A stretch of 64,000 nt of DNA from an uncultured Gammaproteobacteria bacterium. GTDB taxonomy: Bacteria; Pseudomonadota; Gammaproteobacteria; DRLM01. The DNA is taken from positions 1,056,001-1,120,000 of the forward strand of contig CAVSNY010000007.1 in assembly GCA_963729605.1 (NCBI GenBank), given 5' to 3'. The position numbers were made by a program, and so were the translations under genes. Below, one piece after another: positions 51,604 to 61,351 of this stretch; position 1 is the first letter of the stretch; the number at the start of each line of letters is the position of its first letter. Under the pieces are notes generated by a model, which did not search any database, was not told the origin of the DNA, and was given only the letters and a program-made list of their open reading frames with translations.

Positions 51604-53373
51604 ATGGCTTGGGAAGCATGGCTTACGCTGAGTGTGATCGCCTTCTGCCTGTGGGCGCTGGTCACTAACCGTCTCGCGCCCGATGTGATTTTGGTGGGCG
51701 GGGTGATGGTGCTGATGCTCGCCAAGGTCATCACGCCGCAGCAGGCGCTGGCCGGTATGTCCAACGAGGGTATGATTACCGTGGGGCTGCTCTACATCGT
51801 CGCCGCCGGTTTACAGGAGACCGGTGTCGTGCAATGGCTGGGCGGCGCGCTGCTTGGCAAGCCGCGTTCCGTGGCGCACGCGCAAGTCCGGCTCATGGCG
51901 CCGGTGGCGATCATGAGCGCCTTTCTCAACAACACGCCGCTGGTGGCGATGATGATCCCGGCGGTGCGCGACTGGGCCAAGAAATATCAGATATCGCCTT
52001 CCAAGCCGATGATGCCGCTGAGCTACGCCGCCATCATCGGCGGCACCTGCACCTTGATCGGCACCAGCACCAACCTGGTCGTGAACGGTCTCTGGATCAA
52101 GGAGACCGGCGGCGACAACCTCGGCATGTTCGAGATCGCCTGGGTGGGCATCCCGGGCGTGATCGTGGTGATCGCCATGGTGCTGTTGCTCAGCCGCTGG
52201 GCCCTGCCCGATCGGCAATCGGCCATCAGCAAATTGGACAACGCCCGCAATTACATCGTGGAGATGATCGTCGAACCGGGCAGTCCGCTGCACGGCAAGA
52301 CCATCGAACAAGCCGGGCTGCGTCACTTGCCGGGCATGTACCTCATCGAGATCGAGCGCAACGGCCACAGCCTGCCGGCGGTCTCGCCCCAGGAGCGGCT
52401 GGCGGAGCATGATCGGTTGATCTTCGCCGGCGTGGTGGAGTCGGTGGTGGATCTGCACAAATTCCGCGGCCTGCAGCCGGCCACCGATCAGGTGTTCAAA
52501 CTCGACTCGCCGCGCAGCGAACGCTGCCTGGTCGAGGCGGTGGTCTCCGACAGTTGCCCGCTGGTGGGCAAGACCATCCGCGAGGGACGCTTTCGCACCG
52601 CTTATAACGCGGCGGTGATTGCCGTGGCGCGCAACGGCGAGCGCATTCAGCAGAAGATCGGCGACATCGAGCTGCGTCCCGGCGATACCTTGTTGTTGGA
52701 AGCGAACTCGTCCTTCGCCGCGCAGCAGCGCAATTCGCGCGATTTCTTTCTGGTGAGCCAGGTGGAGGATTCCACGCCGCCGCGTCACGACAAGGCCAAG
52801 ATCGCGCTCGCCATCCTGTTCGCCATGGTCTCGGCCGCCACCGCCGGCTGGCTCAGCATGCTCGAGGCGGCGATGATCGCCGCCGGCTTGATGGTGGTGA
52901 CAAAATGCATAGGCCTGACCGGCGCGCGGCGCAGCGTAGATTGGCAGGTGCTGATCGTCATCGCCGCCTCGTTCGGTTTGGGTACCGCGCTGGAGGTGAC
53001 CGGCGCCGCCACGGTCATCGCCCAGCAGGTGATCGCGCTCGCGGCGGGCGACGCCTGGCTTACGCTGTTATTCACCTTCGTCATCACCGCGGTGTTCACC
53101 GCGCTCATCACCAACAACGCGGCGGCGGTGCTGATGTTCCCCATTGTGATGCAGGCGGCCGAGACGCTGGCGGTGAGCCCGTTGCCGTTCGTCTTTACGT
53201 TGATGATCGCCGCCTCGGCGAGTTTCGCCACGCCCATCGGTTATCAGACCAATCTCATGGTCTACGGGCCGGGCGGTTATCGCTTCAGCGATTATTTCAA
53301 GATGGGCATTCCCATCACCCTCATGAAAGGCATCATCACGGTTATTATCGCGCCGTTGGTGTGGCAGTTTTGA
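51604..53373 (+). CDS. SLC13/DASS family permease with TrkA-C domains
   Basis: SAFLNNTP, TLIGTSTNL, two TrkA-C repeats, TNNAAA, FATPIGYQTN. Confidence 0.92.
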   Translation: MAWEAWLTLSVIAFCLWALVTNRLAPDVILVGGVMVLMLAKVITPQQALAGMSNEGMITVGLLYIVAAGLQETGVVQWLGGALLGKPRSVAHAQVRLMAPVAIMSAFLNNTPLVAMMIPAVRDWAKKYQISPSKPMMPLSYAAIIGGTCTLIGTSTNLVVNGLWIKETGGDNLGMFEIAWVGIPGVIVVIAMVLLLSRWALPDRQSAISKLDNARNYIVEMIVEPGSPLHGKTIEQAGLRHLPGMYLIEIERNGHSLPAVSPQERLAEHDRLIFAGVVESVVDLHKFRGLQPATDQVFKLDSPRSERCLVEAVVSDSCPLVGKTIREGRFRTAYNAAVIAVARNGERIQQKIGDIELRPGDTLLLEANSSFAAQQRNSRDFFLVSQVEDSTPPRHDKAKIALAILFAMVSAATAGWLSMLEAAMIAAGLMVVTKCIGLTGARRSVDWQVLIVIAASFGLGTALEVTGAATVIAQQVIALAAGDAWLTLLFTFVITAVFTALITNNAAAVLMFPIVMQAAETLAVSPLPFVFTLMIAASASFATPIGYQTNLMVYGPGGYRFSDYFKMGIPITLMKGIITVIIAPLVWQF

Positions 53374-53426
53374 ACGGTGAGTCGTAAAAGGTTCTGAAGG
53401 TGTCGCGGTGATGCGCGGATGGCTAC

Positions 53427-54287
53427 TTACTTCATCGAGTGCAACTGTTCCGTCGCATACAGGGTGTTCTGCAACAGCGTCGCCACCGTCATCGGCCCGA
53501 CGCCGCCCGGCACCGGGGTGATCCAGCCGGCGCGTTGTCTGGCGACTTCGAAATCCACGTCGCCCACCAGCTTGCCTTCGGCGTCGCGGTTGATGCCGAC
53601 GTCGATGACGATGGCGCCCGGTTTGATCCACTCGCCTTTCACCAGCCCCGGTTTGCCGACCGCGACGACGAGGATGTCGGCGCGCGCCACATGGTCATGC
53701 AAATTTTTCGTGAAGCGATGGCAGGTGGTGACCGTGCAGCCGGCGAGCAATAATTCCAGACTCATCGGCCGGCCGACGATGTTGGAGGCGCCCACCACCA
53801 CCGCCTCCATGCCTTTGATGTTTTGGCCGGTGCTTTTCAGCAGCGTCATGACCCCGTGCGGCGTGCAGGGCCGCAGCGCCGGCAGGCGCACGGTGAGGCG
53901 GCCGATGTTGTAGGGGTGAAAGCCGTCGACGTCTTTGTCGGGATGGATGCGCTCGATCACGGTCTCGCTGTCGATGTGGCGGGGCAGCGGCAATTGCACT
54001 AGGATGCCGTCGATGTTCTCATCGCCGTTGAGTTCGTCGATCAGCTTCAATAGCGCGGCCTCGCTGGTGTCCGCCGGGAGGTCGAAGGATTGCGAGATGA
54101 ACCCCGCGTCGTTGCAGGCCTTGCGTTTGTTGTTCACGTACACTTCGGAGGCCGGGTCTTCGCCCACCAGAATCACCGCGAGCCCGGGCGGGCGCAGACC
54201 TTGCGCCGCCCGTTGCTGCACGGCGTGTTTGACCTCTTGGCGGATATGGCTAGCGATGGCCTTGCCATCGAGGATGTTAGCGCTCAT
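53427..54287 (-). CDS. folD: Methylenetetrahydrofolate dehydrogenase/cyclohydrolase
   Basis: [37 protein letters not shown]. Confidence 0.98.
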   Translation of the reverse strand: MSANILDGKAIASHIRQEVKHAVQQRAAQGLRPPGLAVILVGEDPASEVYVNNKRKACNDAGFISQSFDLPADTSEAALLKLIDELNGDENIDGILVQLPLPRHIDSETVIERIHPDKDVDGFHPYNIGRLTVRLPALRPCTPHGVMTLLKSTGQNIKGMEAVVVGASNIVGRPMSLELLLAGCTVTTCHRFTKNLHDHVARADILVVAVGKPGLVKGEWIKPGAIVIDVGINRDAEGKLVGDVDFEVARQRAGWITPVPGGVGPMTVATLLQNTLYATEQLHSMK

Positions 54288-54375
54288 GGGCGGCGGCCTG
54301 CGACATTAAGAAAAAAGAGGACGAAGTTTCTCATGCGGCCGTATGCGCTTACAAGTTGAGCGCGTGGCTGGCCGA

Positions 54376-55242
54376 TTAGGGTTGCCGTAAAAGTTCTATC
54401 ATCCGCCGCGCGGCATTGGACAAGGTGCGGGCATTATGGTGGACCACGCCGAGTTCGCGCTGCAACCGCACGCCCCGCACCTTGAATTCGTGCAGGCTGT
54501 CGTCAATCAAGGTGCGCGGCAAAAGACTCCAGCCGAGACCGATCGAGGCCATGGTCTTGAGGGTCTCCAGGTAATTGGTGGACAGGCTGGTCTTGATGTG
54601 CGCGTCCAGCGGCGCGAAGCCTTTTTCCAGAATTTCGCGGGTGGCCGTTTGCCGTGCGGGCAGCAGGGCAGGGTGGCGCACCAAGTCGTTTGCCGATACC
54701 AGCTTCGCCTGAGCGAGCGCGTGGCCGTGGCCGCAGACGAAACACAGCGGATCATTCCAGATCGCAATCGCCGTCAATTCCGCCGGCGGCGCCAGCGGCA
54801 AGGTGATCACCGCGAGTTCCAGTTCGCCCTGCGTGACGGCCGCGCAGGCGGTCTCCGAATCGAGAAAATGCAGGTCCAGCTCCACCTCGGGATGACGCCG
54901 GCTGTAGTCGCGGAGGATGGCGGGCAGATGATGTTGGCCGACGTGGTGGCTGGTGCCGAGCCGCAGCGGTCCGGCCACCTCGCCGGCCAGATTGCGGATG
55001 GCGCGGCGGCTGTCTTCCATCTCGGTGAGGATGCGTTGCGCGCGCGGCAGCAGGGCGCGGCCGGCCTCGGTCAAGGTCACCTGGCGGCCGATGCGGTCCA
55101 GCAGCCGGGTGGCGAGTTCGTCCTCCAGCTGGGCGATGCGTTTGCTGACGGCGGGCTGGGTGAGGTGCAGTTCGTCGGCGGCGCGCGAAAAAGACGCTGT
55201 CTGCGCCACGGCCAGAAAGGCCCGTAACTGGGTGGTGTTCAT
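54376..55242 (-). CDS. LysR-family regulator divergent from leuC
   Basis: SFSRAADELHLTQPAVSKRI HTH plus substrate-binding domain. Confidence 0.95.
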   Translation of the reverse strand: MNTTQLRAFLAVAQTASFSRAADELHLTQPAVSKRIAQLEDELATRLLDRIGRQVTLTEAGRALLPRAQRILTEMEDSRRAIRNLAGEVAGPLRLGTSHHVGQHHLPAILRDYSRRHPEVELDLHFLDSETACAAVTQGELELAVITLPLAPPAELTAIAIWNDPLCFVCGHGHALAQAKLVSANDLVRHPALLPARQTATREILEKGFAPLDAHIKTSLSTNYLETLKTMASIGLGWSLLPRTLIDDSLHEFKVRGVRLQRELGVVHHNARTLSNAARRMIELLRQP

Positions 55243-55264
55243 CGCAGGGCCTCGTTGGGATCGA

Positions 55265-55279
55265 ATTCCTAAAGAGAAT
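55265..55279. promoter_or_regulatory. LysR-type operator
   Basis: ATTC-N7-GAAT palindrome (T-N11-A) between lysR and leuC. Confidence 0.6.
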
Positions 55280-55359
55280 ACAATAAATAAAAATTATGAA
55301 TTTGTGTAATGATATCGGCGGCGCTAATATTTGCGGCATGAGCGCGAGGACCGGTGACG

Positions 55360-56762
55360 ATGAGTAAAACCCTTTACGATAAATTGTGGGACGCCCATGT
55401 GGTGCGGCAGAACGACGACGGCAGTTGCCTGCTTTATATCGACCGGCAATTGGTGCACGAAGTCACCTCGCCCAGGCCTTCGACGGCCTGCGCCTCGCGA
55501 AACGCGGTGTATGGCGGCGCGAGGCCAATCTCGCCACCGCCGACCACAATGTGCCGACCACCGGCCGCGCCCAGGGCATCGCCGATCCGGTCTCGCGCGT
55601 GCAGGTCGAGACCCTGGACAGCAATTGCGCCGAGTTCGGCATCACCGAATACAAAATGGATGATCTGCGCCAGGGCATCGTCCACGTCATCGGCCCTGAG
55701 GCGGGCGCGACTCTGCCCGGCATGACCGTGGTCTGCGGCGATTCGCACACCTCCACCCACGGCGCGCTCGCCGCGCTGGCCTTCGGCATCGGCACCTCAG
55801 AGGTCGAGCACGCGCTCGCCACCCAGTGCCTGGTACAGAAAAAATCGAAGAACATGCTGGTGAGCGTCGACGGCGCGGTCGGTCCTGGCGTCACGGCGAA
55901 GGACATCGTGCTCGCGATCATCGGCGAGATCGGCACGGCGGGCGGCAACGGTTACGCCATCGAGTTCGGCGGCGACGCGATCCGCGCGCTGTCGGTTGAA
56001 GGCCGCATGACCGTCTGCAACATGGCCATCGAGGCCGGCGCCCGCGCCGGCATGGTGGCGGCGGACGAGAAGACCATGGCCTACGTGCGTGGCCGGCCGT
56101 TCGCGCCGAAGGCCGAGTTGTGGGACAAGGCGGTCGCCGCGTGGCGCGATCTGCACAGTGACGCCGACGCCAACTTCGATCGTGTCGTGCGCATCGATGC
56201 GACACGCATCAAACCGCAAGTCAGCTGGGGCACCTCGCCCGAGATGGTGACGGCGGTCGACGCGCACGTGCCCGATCCCGCGCAGGAGAGCGACCCCGTC
56301 AAGCGCGAGGGCATGATCCGCGCATTGAAATACATGGGCCTCGCCGCCGGTACACCCATCACCGAGATCAAGATCGACAAGGTCTTCATCGGTTCCTGCA
56401 CCAACTCGCGCATCGAGGATCTGCGCGCCGCGGCGGCCGTGGTGCGGGGCCGCAAAAAGGCGGCGAACGTGAAGCAGGTGTTGATCGTGCCGGGCTCGGG
56501 CCTGGTGAAGAGGCAGGCGGAACAGGAAGGCCTGGACAAGATATTCACCGCCGCCGGTTTCGAATGGCGCGAGCCGGGCTGCTCGATGTGCCTCGCCATG
56601 AACGCCGACCGCCTCGAGCCGGGTGAGCGTTGCGCCTCGACTTCGAACCGCAATTTCGAAGGCCGCCAGGGCGCGGGCGGGCGCACGCATCTCGTGAGTC
56701 CGGCCATGGCCGCGGCGGCGGCGGTGGCGGGGCACTTCGTCGACGTGCGGGAGTGGGATTGA
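55360..56762 (+). CDS. leuC: 3-isopropylmalate dehydratase large subunit, with a 1-nt frameshift at ~55471-55473
   Basis: [15 protein letters not shown] in one frame, [27 protein letters not shown] in another; TCG CCC AGG lacks one C of TCG CCC CAG. Confidence 0.93.
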
Positions 56763-56771
56763 AATGGTGAT

Positions 56772-56990
56772 GTAGGGTGGGTTAGGCACGTCTTCGCGCC
56801 GTAACCCACCAACCGTCGCGCAGCGACTCCTCATGTTTTTAAGGGGAGGCTGGGCAGATCAATGTAGGGTGGGTTAGCGCAGCGTAACCCACCAATCCGC
56901 GCCGTCAGGCGCTCATTACGGGAAGCGATCAATGAGTTGCTGCGCGACGTGTCGATGGGTTACGCCGCCGATGCGGTTAACCCACCCTGT
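56772..56990. repeat. GTAG-type REP cluster (three units)
   Basis: GTAGGGTGGGTTAG..CGTAACCCACC twice plus inverted GGGTTACG..TTAACCCACCC. Confidence 0.88.
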
Positions 56991-57036
56991 ATTTCTTTAA
57001 GTTGAAATGGTTCAGTGGATTTTTTTAGGTGATGTT

Positions 57037-57678
57037 ATGGAAAAATTAACGACCCTGACCGGCCTGGCGGCGCCTCTCGACCGCGCCAACGTCGATACCG
57101 ATCAGATCATCCCCAAGCAATATCTGAAGTCGATACACCGCACCGGTTTCGGTCCGACCTTGTTCGACGATTGGCGTTATCTCGATCCGGGTGAACCCGG
57201 TATGGACCATCGCCAGCGGCGCGTGAACCCCGACTTCGTGCTGAACTTGCCGCGTTATCAGGGCGCGCGGATCCTGCTGGCGCGCGACAACTTCGGCTGC
57301 GGCTCCTCGCGCGAACACGCGCCGTGGGCGCTGCTCGACTACGGTTTTCGCGTCATCATCGCGCCGAGTTATGCCGACATTTTTTTCAACAACTGTTTCA
57401 ACAACGGCATTCTGCCCATCGTGCTGCCGGCGGTGGCGCTGGATAAATTGTTCAGCGAGACTATGGCCACGCCGGGCTATCAACTCACCGTCGATCTGGC
57501 GGCGCAGAGCGTGACCACGCCGGACGGTGAGTCGTTCACCTTCGACATCGATGCCTTCCGCAAATACAAACTGCTCAACGGCCTCGACGACATCGGTCTC
57601 AGCTTGCAGCATGCCGACGACATCAAGGCCTATGAGGCGCGTCGCCGCGCCGAGGCGCCGTGGCTGTTTTCGAGTTGA
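57037..57678 (+). CDS. leuD: 3-isopropylmalate dehydratase small subunit
   Basis: [24 protein letters not shown]. Confidence 0.97.
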   Translation: MEKLTTLTGLAAPLDRANVDTDQIIPKQYLKSIHRTGFGPTLFDDWRYLDPGEPGMDHRQRRVNPDFVLNLPRYQGARILLARDNFGCGSSREHAPWALLDYGFRVIIAPSYADIFFNNCFNNGILPIVLPAVALDKLFSETMATPGYQLTVDLAAQSVTTPDGESFTFDIDAFRKYKLLNGLDDIGLSLQHADDIKAYEARRRAEAPWLFSS

Positions 57679-57763
57679 ATGTAGGGCGGGTTGCACGATG
57701 CTCGCGCGTCGCTCATCAACTTGATGTCTTCGCGTTGGATGTTCCTTCTAATCAGGTGACTAC

Positions 57764-58837
57764 ATGACCAAAAAAATCGCTGTACTGCCCGGTGACGGTA
57801 TCGGCCCCGAGATCGTCGCCGAGGCGATGAAAGTCTTGGAGGCGCTGCGCGCCTTCGGTTTCAAATTCGAGGCCGAGCATGCGCCCATCGGCGGTGCCGG
57901 TTACGACGCGGCGGGCGATCCGCTGCCGGAAGCGACTTTGAAACTCGCCAAGCAGGCCGACGCCGTGCTGCTGGGGGCGGTGGGCGGCCCGAAATACGAC
58001 ACGCTGCCGCGCGATAAACGTCCCGAACGCGGTCTGCTGCGCATCCGCAAGGAGCTCAAACTGTTTGCCAACCTGCGGCCGGCGTTGCTTTATCCGCAAC
58101 TCGCCGCGGCTTCCAGTTTGAAGCCCGAAGTGGTGTCCGGTCTCGACATCATGATCGTGCGCGAACTCACCGGCGATATTTATTTCGGTCAGCCGCGCGG
58201 CATCGAAACCCGCGACGGCGAGCGGGTCGGTTTCAACACCATGGTGTATTCCGAATCGGAGGTGCGGCGCGTCGCGCACGTGGCCTTCGGAATCGCCATG
58301 AAACGCCGCAAACAACTCTGCTCGGTGGAGAAGGCCAATGTGCTGGAGTGCAGCGAGTTGTGGAAAGAGATCGTCATCGAAGTCGGTAGGGACTATCCCG
58401 AGGTGGCATTGAGTCACATGTACGTCGATAATGCCGCTATGCAGTTGGTGCGCGCGCCCAAACAGTTCGACGTGATCGTCACCGGCAATATCTTCGGTGA
58501 TATCCTCTCCGACGAGGCCTCGATGCTCACCGGTTCCATCGGCATGTTGCCCTCGGCTTCGCTCGACGCCGACAACAAGGGTATGTACGAGCCGATACAC
58601 GGTTCGGCGCCGGACATCGCGGGTAAAGGCATCGCCAACCCGCTCGCCACGATTCTTTCCGTGGCGATGCTGTTGCGTTATACCTTGCAGGAGGCCGGCT
58701 TGGCCGACCGCATCGAGGCGGCGGTGCAAAAAGTGCTGGCGCAGGGCTATCGGACCGGCGATATTTATACCGAGGGCACCCGCAAGGTGGGTACCGTCGC
58801 CATGGGCGACGCGGTGGTCGCGGCGCTGCGGCAATAA
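57764..58837 (+). CDS. leuB: 3-isopropylmalate dehydrogenase
   Basis: [28 protein letters not shown]. Confidence 0.98.
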   Translation: MTKKIAVLPGDGIGPEIVAEAMKVLEALRAFGFKFEAEHAPIGGAGYDAAGDPLPEATLKLAKQADAVLLGAVGGPKYDTLPRDKRPERGLLRIRKELKLFANLRPALLYPQLAAASSLKPEVVSGLDIMIVRELTGDIYFGQPRGIETRDGERVGFNTMVYSESEVRRVAHVAFGIAMKRRKQLCSVEKANVLECSELWKEIVIEVGRDYPEVALSHMYVDNAAMQLVRAPKQFDVIVTGNIFGDILSDEASMLTGSIGMLPSASLDADNKGMYEPIHGSAPDIAGKGIANPLATILSVAMLLRYTLQEAGLADRIEAAVQKVLAQGYRTGDIYTEGTRKVGTVAMGDAVVAALRQ

Positions 58838-58839
58838 AT

Positions 58840-58960
58840 GTAGGGTGGGTTAGCGAAGCATAATCCGCTGATCGCGCCGCCGGATGTATTTATCTGTAGG
58901 AGTCGCTGCGCGACGCTTGGCGGGTTACGGCGCGAAAGACGCGCCTAACCCACCCTACAT
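58840..58960. repeat. GTAG-type REP doublet
   Basis: GTAGGGTGGGTTAGC ... GAGTCGCTGCGCGACG ... GGGTTACGGCGCGAAAGACGCGCCTAACCCACCCTAC. Confidence 0.88.
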
Positions 58961-58980
58961 CGACGAGTGAGGATGAAGCA

Positions 58981-60093
58981 ATGAAACGAGTAGGACTGAT
59001 CGGCTGGCGCGGCATGGTGGGTTCGGTGCTCATGCAGCGCATGCAGGAGGAGCGGGATTTCGCCGTCATCGATCCGGTGTTCTTCACCACCTCGCAGGTA
59101 GGCGGTAAAGGCCCGGCCGTCGGCAAGGACGTGCCGCCGCTGAAAGACGCGCGCAGCGTCGACGAACTGAAAAACATGGAGGTGATCATCTCCTGCCAAG
59201 GCGGCGACTACACCGCCGAGATTTATCCCAAGCTGCGCGCCGCCGGCTGGAAGGGATATTGGATCGACGCCGCCTCCACGCTGCGCATGGACCCGGACAG
59301 CATCATCGTCCTCGACCCGGTGAACAGCGACGTGATCAAGCGCGGTCTCGCCCAGGGCGTCAAGAATTACATCGGCGGCAACTGCACGGTGAGCCTGATG
59401 TTGATGGCGGTCGGCGGTTTGTATCAGCGCGGTTTGATCGAGTGGATGACCGCCATGACCTATCAGGCCGCCTCCGGCGCCGGCGCCAATAATATGCGCG
59501 AACTGATCAAGCAGATGGGCAGCATCCACGCGGCGGTGAAAAAGGAACTCGACGACCCGGCCGGCGCGATCCTGGATATCGACCGCAAGATGGCCGAGCA
59601 CATCCGCTCCGACGCCTACCCGAAAGAGTTTTTCGGCGTGCCGCTCGCCGGCAGCCTGATCCCGTGGATCGACAAGCAGCTCGACACCGGCCAGAGTAAA
59701 GAAGAATGGAAGGGTCAGGCCGAGACCAATAAGATTCTCGGCCGCGAAGCCAGCCCGGTGCCCATCGACGGCCTCTGCGTGCGGGTCGGCGCCATGCGCT
59801 GCCACAGCCAGGCGCTCACCATCAAACTCAACAAGGACGTGCCGCTGGATGAGATCCACGACATCCTCGCCGGCCACAATGCGTGGGTGAAGGTCGTGCC
59901 CAACGAGCGCGAACGCAGCATGCGCGAACTCACGCCCGCCGCCGTCACCGGCACCTTGGGCATACCGGTCGGCCGGCTGCGCAAACTCAATATGGGGCCG
60001 CAATTCCTCAGCGCATTTACCTGCGGCGACCAGCTGCTGTGGGGCGCGGCCGAACCCCTGCGGCGCATGCTGCGCATCTTGCTGGAGCAGTAG
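58981..60093 (+). CDS. asd: Aspartate-semialdehyde dehydrogenase (enterobacterial type)
   Basis: [15 protein letters not shown] catalytic Cys, [23 protein letters not shown]. Confidence 0.97.
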   Translation: MKRVGLIGWRGMVGSVLMQRMQEERDFAVIDPVFFTTSQVGGKGPAVGKDVPPLKDARSVDELKNMEVIISCQGGDYTAEIYPKLRAAGWKGYWIDAASTLRMDPDSIIVLDPVNSDVIKRGLAQGVKNYIGGNCTVSLMLMAVGGLYQRGLIEWMTAMTYQAASGAGANNMRELIKQMGSIHAAVKKELDDPAGAILDIDRKMAEHIRSDAYPKEFFGVPLAGSLIPWIDKQLDTGQSKEEWKGQAETNKILGREASPVPIDGLCVRVGAMRCHSQALTIKLNKDVPLDEIHDILAGHNAWVKVVPNERERSMRELTPAAVTGTLGIPVGRLRKLNMGPQFLSAFTCGDQLLWGAAEPLRRMLRILLEQ

Positions 60094-60100
60094 TCACTCA

Positions 60101-61126
60101 GTGAATAAAACCTATCGTATCGCCGTGGTCGGCGTCACCGGCCTGGTCGGCGAGACCGCGCTGGCCTTGCTGGCGGAGCGCGGCTTTCCCGTGTCAGAGG
60201 TGTTTGCCCTCGATGTGAAAACCGCCACCGGCGGCCGGGTCGGATTCAAGGACGCCTATCTGCGCGTGCAAGACCTGGCGGCCTTTGATTTCACTCGAGC
60301 CGATCTGGCCTTGTTTTGCGTCGACGAGGCGCTGGCCGCCGAACACGCGCCGCGCGCTGCGGCGGCGGGCTGCGTGGTCATCGACGACAGCGCGCAATTC
60401 CGCCTCGACGAAGACGTGCCGCTGGTGGTGCCCGAGGTCAATCCGCAGACGCTCGCCGGTTTTAATCAACGCCGTATCATCGCCAATCCCAACACCGGGG
60501 TGACCCTCATGTCGCTGGTGTTGAAACCGCTGCACGACGCGGCGGGCATCGAGCGCATCAACGTCTGCACTTACCAAGCGGTGTCCGGCACCGGCAAGGC
60601 GGCGGTGGACGAACTGGCGGGTCAGTCGGCGGCGATCTTCAATATGAAGCCGCTCAAGAGCCGGGTCTATCCCAAACAAATCGCCTTCAATGTCCTGCCG
60701 CAGATCGGCGAACTCTTGGACAACGGTTACACCCGCGAAGAAATGAAAATGTTGTGGGAGACGCGCAAGGTGTTGGCCGCCCCCGATTTGCGCGTGAACG
60801 CCACCACGGTGCGGGTGCCGGTGTTTTACGGCCACGCCCTGGCCCTGCACATCGAAACACGCGACAAACTCGCGGTGGACGACGCGCGCCGTTTATTGAA
60901 GAAGGCGCCCGGCGTGAAGCTGATGGACACCCGCAAGGCCGGCGGTTATCCCACGCCGGTGACCGAGGCCGCCGGCAATGACGCCGTTTACGTCGGCCGG
61001 CTTCGCGAGGACCTCTCTCATCCGCGTGGTTTAGCCTTGTGGAGTGTGGCCGACAACGTGCGTAAGGGGGCGGCCTTGAATGGTATTCAAATCGCCGAGA
61101 TTCTGGTAAAAGATTACCTCAATTGA
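60101..61126 (+). CDS. Asd-like (Usg) protein
   Basis: GVTGLVG, PLVVPEVN, YQAVSGTG, RVPVFYGH, DNVRKGAALN; NPNT where catalytic Asd has NPNC. Confidence 0.88.
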   Translation: MNKTYRIAVVGVTGLVGETALALLAERGFPVSEVFALDVKTATGGRVGFKDAYLRVQDLAAFDFTRADLALFCVDEALAAEHAPRAAAAGCVVIDDSAQFRLDEDVPLVVPEVNPQTLAGFNQRRIIANPNTGVTLMSLVLKPLHDAAGIERINVCTYQAVSGTGKAAVDELAGQSAAIFNMKPLKSRVYPKQIAFNVLPQIGELLDNGYTREEMKMLWETRKVLAAPDLRVNATTVRVPVFYGHALALHIETRDKLAVDDARRLLKKAPGVKLMDTRKAGGYPTPVTEAAGNDAVYVGRLREDLSHPRGLALWSVADNVRKGAALNGIQIAEILVKDYLN

Positions 61127-61351
61127 GGTCGATTGGACGTGGACGCCGCGGCGCGACGGTCACGGCGGCCCATGGCGCAAGGGGGGCGTTCGTCCCGGGA
61201 ACTCGATGTAACTAAAGCAATTGGCGGACAAACCGATACGTATATCCGACACGTGTTGTCGCGCGTGATACAAGAGGATGGCCGCTAAGAGGGATGGGCC
61301 GGGATGTCAAAGGGTAGACGGGTGACAAGCAAAAAAGGGACACGCTCGAAT

